A DNA stretch of 32,000 nt from Candidatus Saccharimonadota bacterium (lineage in GTDB: Archaea > Nanobdellota > Nanobdellia > Pacearchaeales > GW2011-AR1), in assembly GCA_041659445.1 (NCBI GenBank), contig JBAZYG010000001.1, positions 210,001 to 242,000 of the forward strand, given 5' to 3'. The notes beneath the pieces were generated by a model. That model was given only the letters and a program-made list of their open reading frames with translations. It ran no database searches and was not told where the DNA came from. The first letter of the stretch is position 1. The number at the start of each line of letters is the position of its first letter. Below, piece by piece: positions 8,082-17,979 of this stretch. The position numbers and the translations under genes are program-made.

Positions 8082-10613
8082 ATGACAGAAAATAAAGAAG
8101 AAAAAAATCTTGTGAATGAAAAAGGTGTTTTGAATAGCGAAGTCTCTGAAGAAATGAAAAAATCTTATTTGGATTATGCAATGAGTGTTATTGTTTCTAG
8201 AGCTATTCCTGCAATTGAAGATGGTTTGAAACCTGTTCAGAGAAGAATTTTATTTTCAATGAATTTAATGGGATTAAAACCAAACACACAAACAAAAAAA
8301 TCAGCTAGAATCGTCGGAGATGTTATAGGTAAATATCATCCACACGGAGATACTGCTGTTTATGATGCAATGGTTCGTATGGCTCAAGATTTTTCTTTGA
8401 GATATCCTTTAGTTTATGGGCAAGGTAATTTTGGTTCTATTGACGGAGATCCTCCTGCTGCTTATCGTTATACTGAGGCTAAGCTTGAAGAGATTTCAGA
8501 AGAATTATTACAAGACATTGACAAAGAAACAGTTGAATTTATTCCTAATTTTGATAATTCACTCAAAGAGCCAGTTTTATTACCTGGAAAACTTCCAACT
8601 TTACTTTTGAATGGTGCATCTGGTATTGCCGTCGGTATGGCTACAAATATTCCTCCTCATAATTTAACAGAAGTTTGTGATGCAATAATTAGTTATGTTG
8701 ATAATCCAGAAATTTCGTTGAAAGAATTAACTGGAATTATTCAAGGTCCAGATTTTCCAACAGGTGGGATTATTCAAGGAGATATGAATGAATTATATTC
8801 GACAGGTAGAGGAAAATTAGTTGTCAGAGGAAGAGTAACTACAGAAGAAAGCAAGAAAAAAGATTTGGTTGTTATTACAGAAATTCCATACATGGTCAAC
8901 AAAGCTACTTTAATTGAGCAAATTGCTGGTTTAGTTCGTGATAAAAAAATAAAAGATGTTTCTGATTTAAGAGACGAATCTAGTAAAGGAAAAATTAGAA
9001 TTGTTTTGGAATTAAGAAAAGGAACTGATGCAAAATTTGCAATAAATGCATTATACAAATATACAAGACTTCAGGATTCTTTTAGTGTTAATTTTTTGGC
9101 GCTAGTTAATGGACAACCAAAAATTCTTGGATTAAAAGAAACTTTGGAAGCATATGTTAAATATAGAAAATTAATAATTACAAGCAGAACAAAATTTGAT
9201 TTAAAAAAAGCAAAAGAAAGACAAGAAATTGTTGATGGTTTGTTGATTGCATTGAAAAACATCGACGATATTATTAAGTTAATTAAAAAATCTGAAAGCA
9301 CAAAAGAAGCTTCTGAAGGTTTGATGAAAAATTTCAAGTTAACAGAAAGACAAGCAAAAGCAATTCTTGAAACTAAATTACAACAATTAACTTCTATGGA
9401 AGTTGAGAAATTAAAAAAAGAAGGCGAAGAATTAATCAAGAAAATTTCAGAATATGAAAAAATTTTATCTGATATAAAAGAAATTTTGAAAATTATTAAG
9501 AAAGAAGTTAAAGAATTGAGAGAAAAATATGGTGACTCGAGAAGAACTCAAATTTTGAAAAGAGATATTAAAGAAATTTCTGAGAAGGATTTGGTTCAAG
9601 ACAAAGAAGTTGTTGTTACAATCACTGACAAGGGTTATGCTAAAAGAATGGATGTCAAGACGTACAAAGAGCAAAAGCGAGGGGGAAAGGGCGTGATTGG
9701 AAATAATCTTGCAATGGGTGATTTTACAAAACAATTATTGACTTGTTCAACTCATGATTACTTAATGTTTTTTACTTCACGTGGTAGGGTTTTGTGGTTG
9801 AAAACTTATGATTTGCCTGAAGCAGAAAGATATGGAAAAGGAAGGGCATTGGTTAATATGCTTGGTTTGAATGATGAGAGTGTTACAAAAGTTATTTCTG
9901 TAAAGAATTTTGAAGATTATTTAATTATGGTTACAAAGAAAGGTTTTGTCAAGAAAATTTCATTGAGTTATTTTTCTAAACCTCGGGCTTCTGGTATAAG
10001 GGCGATTAATTTACCTGCAGATGGAAGTGATGATTTGATTGGCGTTGAAATTGTCAAGGAAAAGCAAGAAATTTTATTAGCGACTAAAAAAGGAAAAGCA
10101 ATTAGATTTAATTCAAGTGAAGTTCGGTCAATGGGTAGAACAAGTTATGGAGTTACTGGAATTAGAATGGAAAAGAGTGATTCAGTTGTTTCCCTCGAGG
10201 TTTTGGATACTATTGCTGTTTTCACACTTACTGAAAATGGTTATGGAAAAAGAACAGTTGTGAACGAATATAGAAAAACAGCGAGAGCTGGAAAAGGTGT
10301 TATTAATGTCAAGGTTTCAGAAAAAACAGGAAATGTCGTGAATACTGTTTCTGTGAATGATAAAGACAATCTTATTATTACAACTGCAAAAGGAATGGTT
10401 ATTAGAACAAACTTGAGTGCAATAAGAGTTATGGGTAGAGCTGCGCAAGGTGTTAGAGTTGTAAAATTACATCAAGGTGATAAAGTTACAGATGTTGTGA
10501 GAGTTTCTGAACTGGAAAATGGAAATGGAAGTTCTGACGATGTTCTTGTGAACGACAATGAAGTTGATGACAAAGTAACAATCGAAGATGTTTCTGGCGG
10601 GGATGAAGAATAA
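8082..10613 (+). CDS. gyrA: DNA gyrase subunit A
   Basis: 843 aa with [13 protein letters not shown], the catalytic-Tyr segment [11 protein letters not shown]-terminal beta-pinwheel-like repeats and an acidic tail. Confidence 0.97.
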   Translation: MTENKEEKNLVNEKGVLNSEVSEEMKKSYLDYAMSVIVSRAIPAIEDGLKPVQRRILFSMNLMGLKPNTQTKKSARIVGDVIGKYHPHGDTAVYDAMVRMAQDFSLRYPLVYGQGNFGSIDGDPPAAYRYTEAKLEEISEELLQDIDKETVEFIPNFDNSLKEPVLLPGKLPTLLLNGASGIAVGMATNIPPHNLTEVCDAIISYVDNPEISLKELTGIIQGPDFPTGGIIQGDMNELYSTGRGKLVVRGRVTTEESKKKDLVVITEIPYMVNKATLIEQIAGLVRDKKIKDVSDLRDESSKGKIRIVLELRKGTDAKFAINALYKYTRLQDSFSVNFLALVNGQPKILGLKETLEAYVKYRKLIITSRTKFDLKKAKERQEIVDGLLIALKNIDDIIKLIKKSESTKEASEGLMKNFKLTERQAKAILETKLQQLTSMEVEKLKKEGEELIKKISEYEKILSDIKEILKIIKKEVKELREKYGDSRRTQILKRDIKEISEKDLVQDKEVVVTITDKGYAKRMDVKTYKEQKRGGKGVIGNNLAMGDFTKQLLTCSTHDYLMFFTSRGRVLWLKTYDLPEAERYGKGRALVNMLGLNDESVTKVISVKNFEDYLIMVTKKGFVKKISLSYFSKPRASGIRAINLPADGSDDLIGVEIVKEKQEILLATKKGKAIRFNSSEVRSMGRTSYGVTGIRMEKSDSVVSLEVLDTIAVFTLTENGYGKRTVVNEYRKTARAGKGVINVKVSEKTGNVVNTVSVNDKDNLIITTAKGMVIRTNLSAIRVMGRAAQGVRVVKLHQGDKVTDVVRVSELENGNGSSDDVLVNDNEVDDKVTIEDVSGGDEE

Positions 10614-10821
10614 TAGAGAAATAAGTAGTTATATATAGAAGATAAGCCTTATATTTGCATGAAATTAACACCACAAATGCTTTATTGGAATGAAAGAGTA
10701 AAGGAAAATATTATTGAAGATAAAATTCTAGAAAACAAAAAGAAGAAGTTGAAGAAGTCAAATGTTGTTGAGGAAGAAGGGGAATAGGAAAATTTAAGTA
10801 TTGTTGGGGTTTGCATAGTAT

Positions 10822-11043
10822 ATGATTTTCAAACCTATAAATGAAGAGTTGTTCTTTGCAGTGGTTATTGGAATTGCTTCGGGTATTTTTTCAGGATGTA
10901 TTTTAGCAATTTCAAAAGATTTTCTGATAAAAACCGGGCGATATTCTTTTTTAAAATTAATATGGCTTTCTTTTTTATTTCTTGTGATATTAATTTTCAT
11001 TTTGTTTTTGTTTTTTCTATGGTATAATAAATTGTTTTTATAA
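10822..11043 (+). CDS. small hydrophobic membrane protein (73 aa)
   Basis: It has two clear hydrophobic helices. I prefer it over the overlapping antisense ORF at 10794-11000. Confidence 0.4.
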   Translation: MIFKPINEELFFAVVIGIASGIFSGCILAISKDFLIKTGRYSFLKLIWLSFLFLVILIFILFLFFLWYNKLFL

Positions 11044-11103
11044 AATAATCCTTGTAACTAGTTTCACCAAAGCTGTTATATAGAATATTCTTCTTAGATT
11101 TTT

Positions 11104-11796
11104 ATGTCATTAGTTAAACAATTTGTAAAAGAACTTAACGGAAAAAATAATCGTGTAGAAGGAGAATTAGTGAAAACTATTTTTTATTCACTTTTAGTTT
11201 CATTTGGTTTATTTGTGGTTTGGTATTTTATTAGTTTGAAAAATGTTGAAAATTTTCTTCCAAAATATGGATTATTTATTTTTCTTGCAATTTTAAGTTA
11301 TGCAATTATTTTACCTTCAATAAGACAAGTAAGAGCTTACAAAAATTTTGCGTGCATGTCTGGTATGATGATTGGAATGACAACAGGAATGATTGCAGGA
11401 TTTCTTCCAGGATATTTTATCGGAGCTACAAACGGAATGTTTTATGGAATGATTTTTGGAATGATTGTTGGAATTTTCTTCGGTGTATGGAATGGAAAGT
11501 GTTGTGGTATAATGGGAGTTATGGAAGGACTTATGGCTGGATTTATGGGTGGTATAATGGGTGCAATGACTTCTGTGATGTTATTAAATGACAATTTGAA
11601 ATTAGCTTCAATAATAATTTTCGTAATATCTTCAATAATAATTTTCGCGCTTAATTATATGATTTACAAAGAAACTAAAGAATCACAAAGAGAAATCAAA
11701 GAAGATTATTTTTTAACAATATTATTAAGTTTGATCCTTACTGCAATAACTATATTTTTAATGGTTTATGGACCAAGGAGTGTTTTATTCGGATGA
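11104..11796 (+). CDS. polytopic membrane protein with a Met/Gly-rich core (GMxxGM repeats, one CC pair)
   Basis: 230 aa with about 6 hydrophobic segments. It is the first gene of a same-strand run ending in copZ-copA. Confidence 0.7.
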   Translation: MSLVKQFVKELNGKNNRVEGELVKTIFYSLLVSFGLFVVWYFISLKNVENFLPKYGLFIFLAILSYAIILPSIRQVRAYKNFACMSGMMIGMTTGMIAGFLPGYFIGATNGMFYGMIFGMIVGIFFGVWNGKCCGIMGVMEGLMAGFMGGIMGAMTSVMLLNDNLKLASIIIFVISSIIIFALNYMIYKETKESQREIKEDYFLTILLSLILTAITIFLMVYGPRSVLFG

Positions 11797-11821
11797 AAAA
11801 TAAAATGGAGGTAATAAAATA

Positions 11822-12295
11822 ATGAAAAACAAAATTGCTCTTATTGGAATTGGAATACTTATTTTAGTTGTGGCTGTATTTATTTTCAGAGCTTCTGGAA
11901 ATGAAACTTTAAATGGAAATATAATTAATAAAGAAGATATTCAAGTTGTAAAACTTTCAGTAGAAAATGGGAAATATGTTTTAAGCCCATCTGAATTTAA
12001 AAAAGGAATTCCTGTTAGAATAGAAGCAGACGTATTAAACATGCCTGGATGTTCTAAATCTATTGTTATACCTTCTTTTGATATAAGAAAAAGTTTTACT
12101 AGTCAAGATAATACACTAGAATTTATTCCTGACAAAGCTGGGACATTTAATATTATGTGTTCAATGAATATGTATCAAGGAACTTTTGTTGTTTTAGAAA
12201 ATGATGGAAGTAAAGTAAGTTATGTTGAAAAATCTGTTTCAAGTGGGCCAAGTTGTGGAATGTCTGAAGGGTGCGGTTGTGGAGGAATAAATTAA
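11822..12295 (+). CDS. membrane-anchored cupredoxin-like (EfeO-type) domain protein with a Cys-rich tail
   Basis: It has an N-terminal TM helix. The pattern V..GIPVRIEA...IPSFDI...FIPDKAGTFNIMCSMNMYQG is typical of Cupredoxin_1-type domains (recalled). The tail is SCGMSEGCGCGG. An SD (GGAGG) lies upstream. Confidence 0.6.
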   Translation: MKNKIALIGIGILILVVAVFIFRASGNETLNGNIINKEDIQVVKLSVENGKYVLSPSEFKKGIPVRIEADVLNMPGCSKSIVIPSFDIRKSFTSQDNTLEFIPDKAGTFNIMCSMNMYQGTFVVLENDGSKVSYVEKSVSSGPSCGMSEGCGCGGIN

Positions 12296-12296
12296 A

Positions 12297-12461
12297 ATGG
12301 TGAATTCATTTTATGGATGTTTTAATGAGTATGGAATGATGAGTGGAAATTATTTATTCTCCTGGCTCTTTGGAATATTGGGAATTATTGCATTGATATT
12401 ATTTATTATTTGGATTACTAAAAAAATTCAAAATGAAAATAAAAATGGAGGTAAAAAATGA
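12297..12461 (+). CDS. 54-aa single-pass membrane peptide
   Basis: Not in the ORF track. The ATG is 2 nt after the previous stop, and its own stop overlaps the copZ ATG (ATGA). It has one hydrophobic helix. Confidence 0.4.
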   Translation: MVNSFYGCFNEYGMMSGNYLFSWLFGILGIIALILFIIWITKKIQNENKNGGKK

Positions 12462-12667
12462 AAAAAAAGATTTTGATTGAAGGAATGCATTGCGCTTCGT
12501 GTGCTTCAAATATTGAGAGAAGCTTGAAAAAAATTTCTGGAATCAAAGAAGTTTCAATAAGTTTGGTTACTAATAAAGCAATTGTGGAATTTGATAAAAA
12601 TGTTTCAGATGAAGAATTGATTAATGCTGTTAAAAGAGCAGGATATAAAGTAAAAGAAATTATTTGA
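12458..12667 (+). CDS. copZ: copper chaperone CopZ (HMA domain)
   Basis: 69 aa with the MxCxxC motif GMHCASCA. An SD (GGAGG) lies upstream. Confidence 0.85.
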   Translation: MKKKILIEGMHCASCASNIERSLKKISGIKEVSISLVTNKAIVEFDKNVSDEELINAVKRAGYKVKEII

Positions 12668-12669
12668 TA

Positions 12670-14607
12670 ATGAAAGATAAAAATTCAGAATTAAGAGAAA
12701 TAAAGATTTGGAAAAAAAAACTTTTTTATAGTTGGCTAATTACAATTCCAATTATTTTTTTAATGTATTTGCCAATGCTTTTAGGATTTGAATTTTTTGA
12801 ACCTAAAGTCAATCAAATCATTATTTTAATTCTTGCTTTTCCAGTTATTTTTATTATTGGTTTTTCAACGCTGAAATCTGGATTTAGAGGTTTTGTTAGT
12901 TTTTATTTTAATATGGATTCTTTAATTTCTTTAGGAACTGTTGTTGCATATTTAACTGGAATTATTTCTTTGTTTTATGACATTGCAAATTATTCTGGAA
13001 TATCTGCGATGATAATGGCGATTTTTATAACAGGAAAATATATTGAGAATAAAGCCAGAGGAAGAGCAGGAATGGAAATTAAAAAATTACTTGAACTTGG
13101 TGCAAAAGATGCAAGAATTTTGAGAGATAATAAAGAATTAGTTGTTCCTATTTCTGAAATTAAAATTAATGATATAATGATTGTAAAACCTGGAGAGAAA
13201 ATTCCTACAGATGGAATTGTGATTAAAGGTGAAAGTTCAGTTAATGAATCTATGATAACAGGAGAATCAATTCCTGCTGACAAAAATAAAGGGGATTTAG
13301 TTATAGGTGCAACTATTAATCAAGACGGAGTTTTGTATGTTAAGGCAACAAAAATTGGTTCTGATACTTTTTTATCTCATATTATAAATTTGGTTGAAGA
13401 AGCTCAAGGTTCAAAAATTCCAATTCAAAAACTTGCTGACAAAATTACAAATATTTTTGTTCCATCTGTTTTAATTTTGTCTTTGCTGACATTTTTAGGA
13501 TGGGCTTTGTTTGGAAATATTAATTCTGCTATTGGAAGTGCTATTGCTGTTTTAGTTATTTCTTGTCCTTGTGCCTTGGGCTTAGCAACTCCTATTGCTC
13601 TGACTGTTGGTTCTGGAATGGGTGCAAAAAAAGGAATTCTTATTCGAAAAGGAGAAGCAATTCAAACAATGAAAAAAGTAAAAGTAATTGTATTCGATAA
13701 AACTGGAACAATTACTAAGGGAAAACCTGAAGTAACAGACATTGGAACTTTTGGAAATTTTGATAAAAAAAAGTTAATTCAAATTGCTGGAAGTCTTGAA
13801 AAACTTTCAGAACATCCTTTGTCTAAAGCAATTGTAGATTATGCTAATTTGAAAAATTATTCTTCTGTTAAAAATTTTAAAATAATTAGAGGTAAGGGAA
13901 TTGAAGGAAGTATTCTTGGAGAAAAATATTTTATTGGAAATAAAAAATTAATGATTGAGAAAAAAATAAACTTGAAAAATATTTTAAGTAAAATTGAAGA
14001 ATTAGAAAATCAAGGAAAAACAACAATGATTCTTTGTGATTCTAAAAAAGCTTTAGGGTATATTTCTGTTGCAGATTCTCTAAAAGAAGATTCTAGATTA
14101 GCTATAGGACTTTTGAAAAATAAAGGATATGGAGTGATTATGATAACAGGGGATAATGAAAAAACAGCTAGGGCTATTGCAGATTCAGTTGGAATTAAAA
14201 AAGTTATATCTGAGGTTCTTCCAGAAGATAAATCCAATAAAATAAAAGAGCTTCAGCAAAAAGGAGCTTTTGTTGCTTTTGTTGGCGACGGAATAAATGA
14301 TGCTCCTGCATTAAAACAATCAAATGTTGGAATTGTTATGGGTTCTGGTTCAGATATTGCTATAGAATCAGGAGATATTGTTTTGACAAAAAGTTCTTTG
14401 ATTGGAGTTTATCAAGCAATAAATTTATCTAAAGCTACTTTTAAGAAAATTAAGCAAAATCTTTTTTGGGCTTTTGCATATAATGTTGTTGCAATTCCTT
14501 TGGCTGTGTCAGGGATTTTGCATCCTGTTTTTGCAGAAATTGCAATGGCTTTATCTTCTATAACTGTTGTTAGTAATGCTAATTTATTAAGAAGAAAAAA
14601 AATTTAA
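12670..14607 (+). CDS. copA: P1B-type copper-translocating ATPase
   Basis: Motifs TGES (ITGESIP), CPC ([11 protein letters not shown]), DKTGT, ITGDN and GDGINDAP are present. There is no N-terminal metal-binding domain. The ATG is at 12670; the track uses TTG at 12664. Confidence 0.93.
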   Translation: MKDKNSELREIKIWKKKLFYSWLITIPIIFLMYLPMLLGFEFFEPKVNQIIILILAFPVIFIIGFSTLKSGFRGFVSFYFNMDSLISLGTVVAYLTGIISLFYDIANYSGISAMIMAIFITGKYIENKARGRAGMEIKKLLELGAKDARILRDNKELVVPISEIKINDIMIVKPGEKIPTDGIVIKGESSVNESMITGESIPADKNKGDLVIGATINQDGVLYVKATKIGSDTFLSHIINLVEEAQGSKIPIQKLADKITNIFVPSVLILSLLTFLGWALFGNINSAIGSAIAVLVISCPCALGLATPIALTVGSGMGAKKGILIRKGEAIQTMKKVKVIVFDKTGTITKGKPEVTDIGTFGNFDKKKLIQIAGSLEKLSEHPLSKAIVDYANLKNYSSVKNFKIIRGKGIEGSILGEKYFIGNKKLMIEKKINLKNILSKIEELENQGKTTMILCDSKKALGYISVADSLKEDSRLAIGLLKNKGYGVIMITGDNEKTARAIADSVGIKKVISEVLPEDKSNKIKELQQKGAFVAFVGDGINDAPALKQSNVGIVMGSGSDIAIESGDIVLTKSSLIGVYQAINLSKATFKKIKQNLFWAFAYNVVAIPLAVSGILHPVFAEIAMALSSITVVSNANLLRRKKI

Positions 14608-15176
14608 AAATTATTTTTTATTATTAACACTTTATTTTTTTGATAAAAATCTTCTGCGCTGTTTTTTCCTCCCCAATCTAACCACCACATTCCATAACCA
14701 GAATAATCTTTTATTTTTTCTTGTGAAATCATACTTGGAAAATGAAAAGGAATTGCATAAGGACCAAAGATTGCAGAAAGTTCATTGTCTGTTGGTTTTC
14801 TAATCCTAATTAATTCTTTTCCTTTAAATTCTAAACCTTTTCTAAGATTAATTCTTCTAATTGAAATATCATGAACATGCTCTCCTGGTGTTTCTTGAAT
14901 ATCATAATTTGTTCCTGATTTAATATTAGATACAGCAGTGTCCCAAATTTCTTCTGCAGTATTAATTAATTTAAACCAAAGTCCCTGATGTTTTTTAGTA
15001 AATTCAAAATATGCATCTTCAAAAATTAATTGGGCATCTTTTTTTTCCAAAAATCTATTTCCCCATGTCCAAACTATTTTCCAATTTCCTTCTCCAAATT
15101 CAGAATTCCATTTTTCATATAAATTATTTTTTTCCTTTCCAAAATGTCCAGGTCTTTCAATTATTTTCCAATCCAT
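14604..15176 (-). CDS. Trp-rich hypothetical protein (190 aa, 10 Trp)
   Basis: A long ORF convergent with copA (4-nt overlap). No family recognised. Confidence 0.6.
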   Translation of the reverse strand: MDWKIIERPGHFGKEKNNLYEKWNSEFGEGNWKIVWTWGNRFLEKKDAQLIFEDAYFEFTKKHQGLWFKLINTAEEIWDTAVSNIKSGTNYDIQETPGEHVHDISIRRINLRKGLEFKGKELIRIRKPTDNELSAIFGPYAIPFHFPSMISQEKIKDYSGYGMWWLDWGGKNSAEDFYQKNKVLIIKNNF

Positions 15177-15242
15177 GAATTTTTAATCTAATTTGAGTTT
15201 TTAAGAATTATTGTGGTAAAAAATGAACTTAAAAATAAAATC

Positions 15243-15254
15243 ATGGGCGCGGAG
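15243..15254 (-). repeat. exact 12-nt copy (plus strand atgggcgcggag) of the tRNA-Trp 3' end at 15298-15309
   Basis: Direct repeat read from the sequence, offset 55 nt. Confidence 0.9.
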
Positions 15255-15298
15255 AGTAAATTGAAATTTCTCAGTCCTTGCCATTTCACGTTGTTCAA

Positions 15299-15369
15299 TG
15301 GGCGCGGAGGGAATTGAACCCCCTTCTCCTGGGCTGGAGCCAGGTATAATACCAGTATACTACGCACCC
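15299..15369 (-). tRNA. tRNA-Trp (anticodon CCA), no intron, CCA not encoded
   Basis: Hand-folded 71-nt cloverleaf. Acceptor GGGTGCG/CGCGCCC, discriminator A73, anticodon arm CCTGG-CTCCAGC-CCAGG, T arm GGGGG-TTCAATT-CCCTC. Confidence 0.85.
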
Positions 15370-15441
15370 TTATTTTTAAGACATAAATTCTGTTTTTAAT
15401 GCTTTTGATTTTGATTACGTGTAATTTTTTAGAAAATTTAT

Positions 15442-16125
15442 TTAACCAAGTTTTGTGATTTCATCGATTTCTTCTCGGGAAATAGAACAACCTTTGAATT
15501 TTAACGCATTGACATAAGCATTCAATGAATTTCTTCCTTTCAATTCTGTAAATCCTTTTTTGTATGCCAAATAAATTAATTCACATGAACGAATTATTTT
15601 GAATTCTTTAAAATAAATTAGATTTTCTTTTTTATAATTTATTTTTGTATGGAGTTTTTTCTTGAAAAGTTCTTTTAGGTTTTCTGGTTTTTCACAAAGT
15701 AATCTTAAAGTTCTTTCATCAACTGCAATTAAATTTTCAATTTTTTTATCTCTTAAAATTTTACTTAAGGCAATGCAACTTGTTTCTCCCATATCTATCA
15801 AATGAATGAATTCTGTTCCTTGACTAAAAGTTGAATTTGCAATATTCATTAATTCTTCTGCCTTTGTTGTAATTTCTTTTTCTGAAATTCCAAGAGATTC
15901 AGGTAATTCAATAATTTTGTTATTTAGTAATCTCTGAACTTGCAATGCTTCTAATTCAAATCTTTGTATATTTAATGGATTATCAATAACTTCTTTTTTT
16001 ACTTCTTTTGTTATAAGAAATTTTCCTGAAAATGATTTTTTTAAATCAATTAATAAATTCAAAAGCCCAGTCATAGACAAACTAATTAAAGTTCCAGCGT
16101 CGAAAATTATTGCTTTTTCTGTCAT
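15442..16125 (-). CDS. PIN-like nuclease-fold protein (DUF3368/COG2405-like), enlarged (227 aa)
   Basis: The N-terminus AIIFDAGTLISL, then ITKEVKKEV, MGETSCIALS and IAVDERT, place acidic residues in the PIN-like order. The resemblance is recalled, not searched. Confidence 0.55.
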   Translation of the reverse strand: MTEKAIIFDAGTLISLSMTGLLNLLIDLKKSFSGKFLITKEVKKEVIDNPLNIQRFELEALQVQRLLNNKIIELPESLGISEKEITTKAEELMNIANSTFSQGTEFIHLIDMGETSCIALSKILRDKKIENLIAVDERTLRLLCEKPENLKELFKKKLHTKINYKKENLIYFKEFKIIRSCELIYLAYKKGFTELKGRNSLNAYVNALKFKGCSISREEIDEITKLG

Positions 16126-16126
16126 T

Positions 16127-16687
16127 TCATTTGAAAAAGTCTTCAGTTAATTTAATTCTTGATTTTGCATTCATTGTTTTTGTCAATGGAACTTCACTAA
16201 TTCCAGTATTTCCTGCATAAGTTGACAAGTCATAAAGATTAACTCCTAATAATTCAGCAGTTTTTCCTAAAGAAATACCATGTTCATAAATTCTAGAAGC
16301 TTTGTTTATTCTTGCTTTTTCAAAAACTTGTGTTATATAATCTTTTAATTTTCCAGAAATTTTATTTATTGCTTTTGCTATGAATTGAAAATGATTTCTA
16401 AATTCTTCAATATTATTTTTTTCCAAAGCAGAAATTGAATTATTTAATGATTTTATTGTTATGCTATAAAAATTATCCCACCCTTTTAAACTTCGAAAAT
16501 TTACTCTTTCAAATATTTTTCCTAACGCATAAATTGTAACTGCAATAGAAATATTATCTGAATCTTGCTGGATTGAAGAACTATGAATTGTTTGATTGCT
16601 TAAATTTTTTAATTCAAACGTGTTATTTGTTTCAATTGCTTTTTTGGTTTTTTTCAAAACATCTAGAACATGTTTTACTTCAATCAT
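16127..16687 (-). CDS. UPF0175/COG2886-like HTH protein with a ~130-aa N-terminal extension
   Basis: The C-terminal IYEHGISLGKTAELLGVNLYDLSTY matches the UPF0175 antitoxin-type HTH pattern. Its stop lies 1 nt upstream of the PIN-like gene start. Confidence 0.55.
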   Translation of the reverse strand: MIEVKHVLDVLKKTKKAIETNNTFELKNLSNQTIHSSSIQQDSDNISIAVTIYALGKIFERVNFRSLKGWDNFYSITIKSLNNSISALEKNNIEEFRNHFQFIAKAINKISGKLKDYITQVFEKARINKASRIYEHGISLGKTAELLGVNLYDLSTYAGNTGISEVPLTKTMNAKSRIKLTEDFFK

Positions 16688-16747
16688 TTTTTTATGAAGA
16701 CTATTTATTATATAAATGTTTATAAACTGATTTTGTAAATAATTTTT

Positions 16748-17236
16748 ATGAATAGTTTTTGTTTGGAAAAAAACAATTTAATAAAAGAAAATTCTTTTAA
16801 ACTAGGAGTTCAAGCAGAAGAACTTCCTTTAGAACCTGAAGAAATAAATAGAGAATATTATAATCTGGGGTTAAAGTTTTTTCATCTTCATAAAAAAATT
16901 CATTGGCAATCTGATTTGATTCGGTTGGTTTCTAATGGAGAAAATTCATTTTGGGAAGATAGAGATAATTTTGTAGATTTTAGAGAGGCAGTTATTGCTA
17001 GTTCAAAATCATTATCAAGAATTGACGAATTATATTGGGATTATCTTTGTTTTGCTGAAAATTTAGAAAAAGAAAATCCTAATTTGGTAAAAATTCTCGA
17101 AAAACATTTAAATTTTGATTTAAGTTATACTGTTTGCAGAGATTTATACAGAGATGTAATTTTAAACAAGAAAAAAAGATTTGACAAAGCTTATGCAATT
17201 CTTTTTGATAATTTAAGCGAAATTGTTGAGAAATAG
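16748..17236 (+). CDS. hypothetical 162-aa protein
   Basis: ORF with TATA-like sequences upstream. No family recognised. Confidence 0.5.
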   Translation: MNSFCLEKNNLIKENSFKLGVQAEELPLEPEEINREYYNLGLKFFHLHKKIHWQSDLIRLVSNGENSFWEDRDNFVDFREAVIASSKSLSRIDELYWDYLCFAENLEKENPNLVKILEKHLNFDLSYTVCRDLYRDVILNKKKRFDKAYAILFDNLSEIVEK

Positions 17237-17266
17237 TTTTTTATAATGTAATTCTTTTATTAATTT

Positions 17267-17638
17267 ATGTTAGAAATATTAATAGATACAAATTTTATAA
17301 TGGAATGTGTTTCAAACAAAGTTGATTTTTTTGAAGATTTAAAACTAAAAGGTTTTAAGATTTTAATTCCAGAAGAAGTTATTTTAGAATTAAATAGTAT
17401 TTTAAAATCATCTGAAAAAAACAAGTTTAGGCAAAATGCAGAAATTGCATTGAAATTATTGAACAATGAAAGCTTTGAAAAAATAAAACTAGGAAAAGGA
17501 AACGTCGATGATAATATTGTTAAATTTTTAAAAGCAAATTCAAAAATTTATTTGGCTACGATGGACAAAGATTTGAAAAAAAGAATTCTTAATCCAAAAA
17601 TAGTTGTTCGATCTAGAAAAAAATTAGAGAAGATTTAA
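17267..17638 (+). CDS. PIN-domain protein, archaeal Fcf1/Utp24-like (COG1412)
   Basis: ILIDTNFIM, IPEEVILEL, GNVDDNIV and YLATMDKDLKKR follow the Fcf1-type PIN pattern. Confidence 0.7.
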   Translation: MLEILIDTNFIMECVSNKVDFFEDLKLKGFKILIPEEVILELNSILKSSEKNKFRQNAEIALKLLNNESFEKIKLGKGNVDDNIVKFLKANSKIYLATMDKDLKKRILNPKIVVRSRKKLEKI

Positions 17639-17979
17639 TCAATTATTTTTAAAAAGGCTTCTTCTGAAGATTCTTCTTTTAATGTTTCTTCTATTTCTTC
17701 AAATTTATCTTCAATATTTATCTTTTTTATTGGTGAATATATTTTTCCAGGATATTTTTTTTCTTCATTTTTATTTCCAATGAAAATAAAACCCTCGTCT
17801 TCATTTAAAAAAACTAATAATTTGTTTTTTGTTTTTTCATCATAAAATTTTGCTTTTAATACAACATTTCCCAATCCAGAATCTATTCCTTCACCTTCAA
17901 AGATACTTTCTTTTTTAATTAATTCTCCTTTACAAGAATATGTTTCTCCAAAATCACTATATTTCAAATGTATTTTCAT
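17635..17979 (-). CDS. hypothetical 114-aa protein (third gene of the orphan trio)
   Basis: It has a 4-nt overlap with the upstream gene. No family recognised. Confidence 0.5.
   Translation of the reverse strand: MKIHLKYSDFGETYSCKGELIKKESIFEGEGIDSGLGNVVLKAKFYDEKTKNKLLVFLNEDEGFIFIGNKNEEKKYPGKIYSPIKKINIEDKFEEIEETLKEESSEEAFLKIID

Noticed and set aside
7181-8181. Antisense ORFs 7181-7423 and 7906-8181
   Set aside because: They lie opposite tightly chained plus-strand genes, and their Leu/Phe/Ile-rich translations are typical of AT-rich antisense frames.
8416-10674. Five ORFs within or opposite gyrA (8416-8610 +, 8774-9058 -, 9071-9439 -, 9465-9734 -, 10486-10674 -)
   Set aside because: They are shadow or alternative-frame ORFs of gyrA, with no motifs.
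10659-10787. 42-aa ORF (MKLTPQMLYWNERVKENII...) after gyrA, with a TATA-like tatatata about 25 nt upstream
   Set aside because: It is plausible as a leaderless micro-protein but too short, and I have no supporting homology. It is therefore not listed as a feature.
10794-11000. 68-aa minus-strand ORF
   Set aside because: It overlaps the more convincing plus-strand two-helix membrane ORF at 10822-11043.
11352-11591. 79-aa alternative-frame ORF with W/N/D repeats
   Set aside because: It is a frame-shifted reading of the repetitive GGAATGAT-type codons of the Met/Gly-rich membrane protein gene, so it is an artefact.
12990-14237. Antisense ORFs inside copA (12990-13283, 14010-14237)
   Set aside because: Shadow ORFs opposite a high-confidence P-type ATPase.
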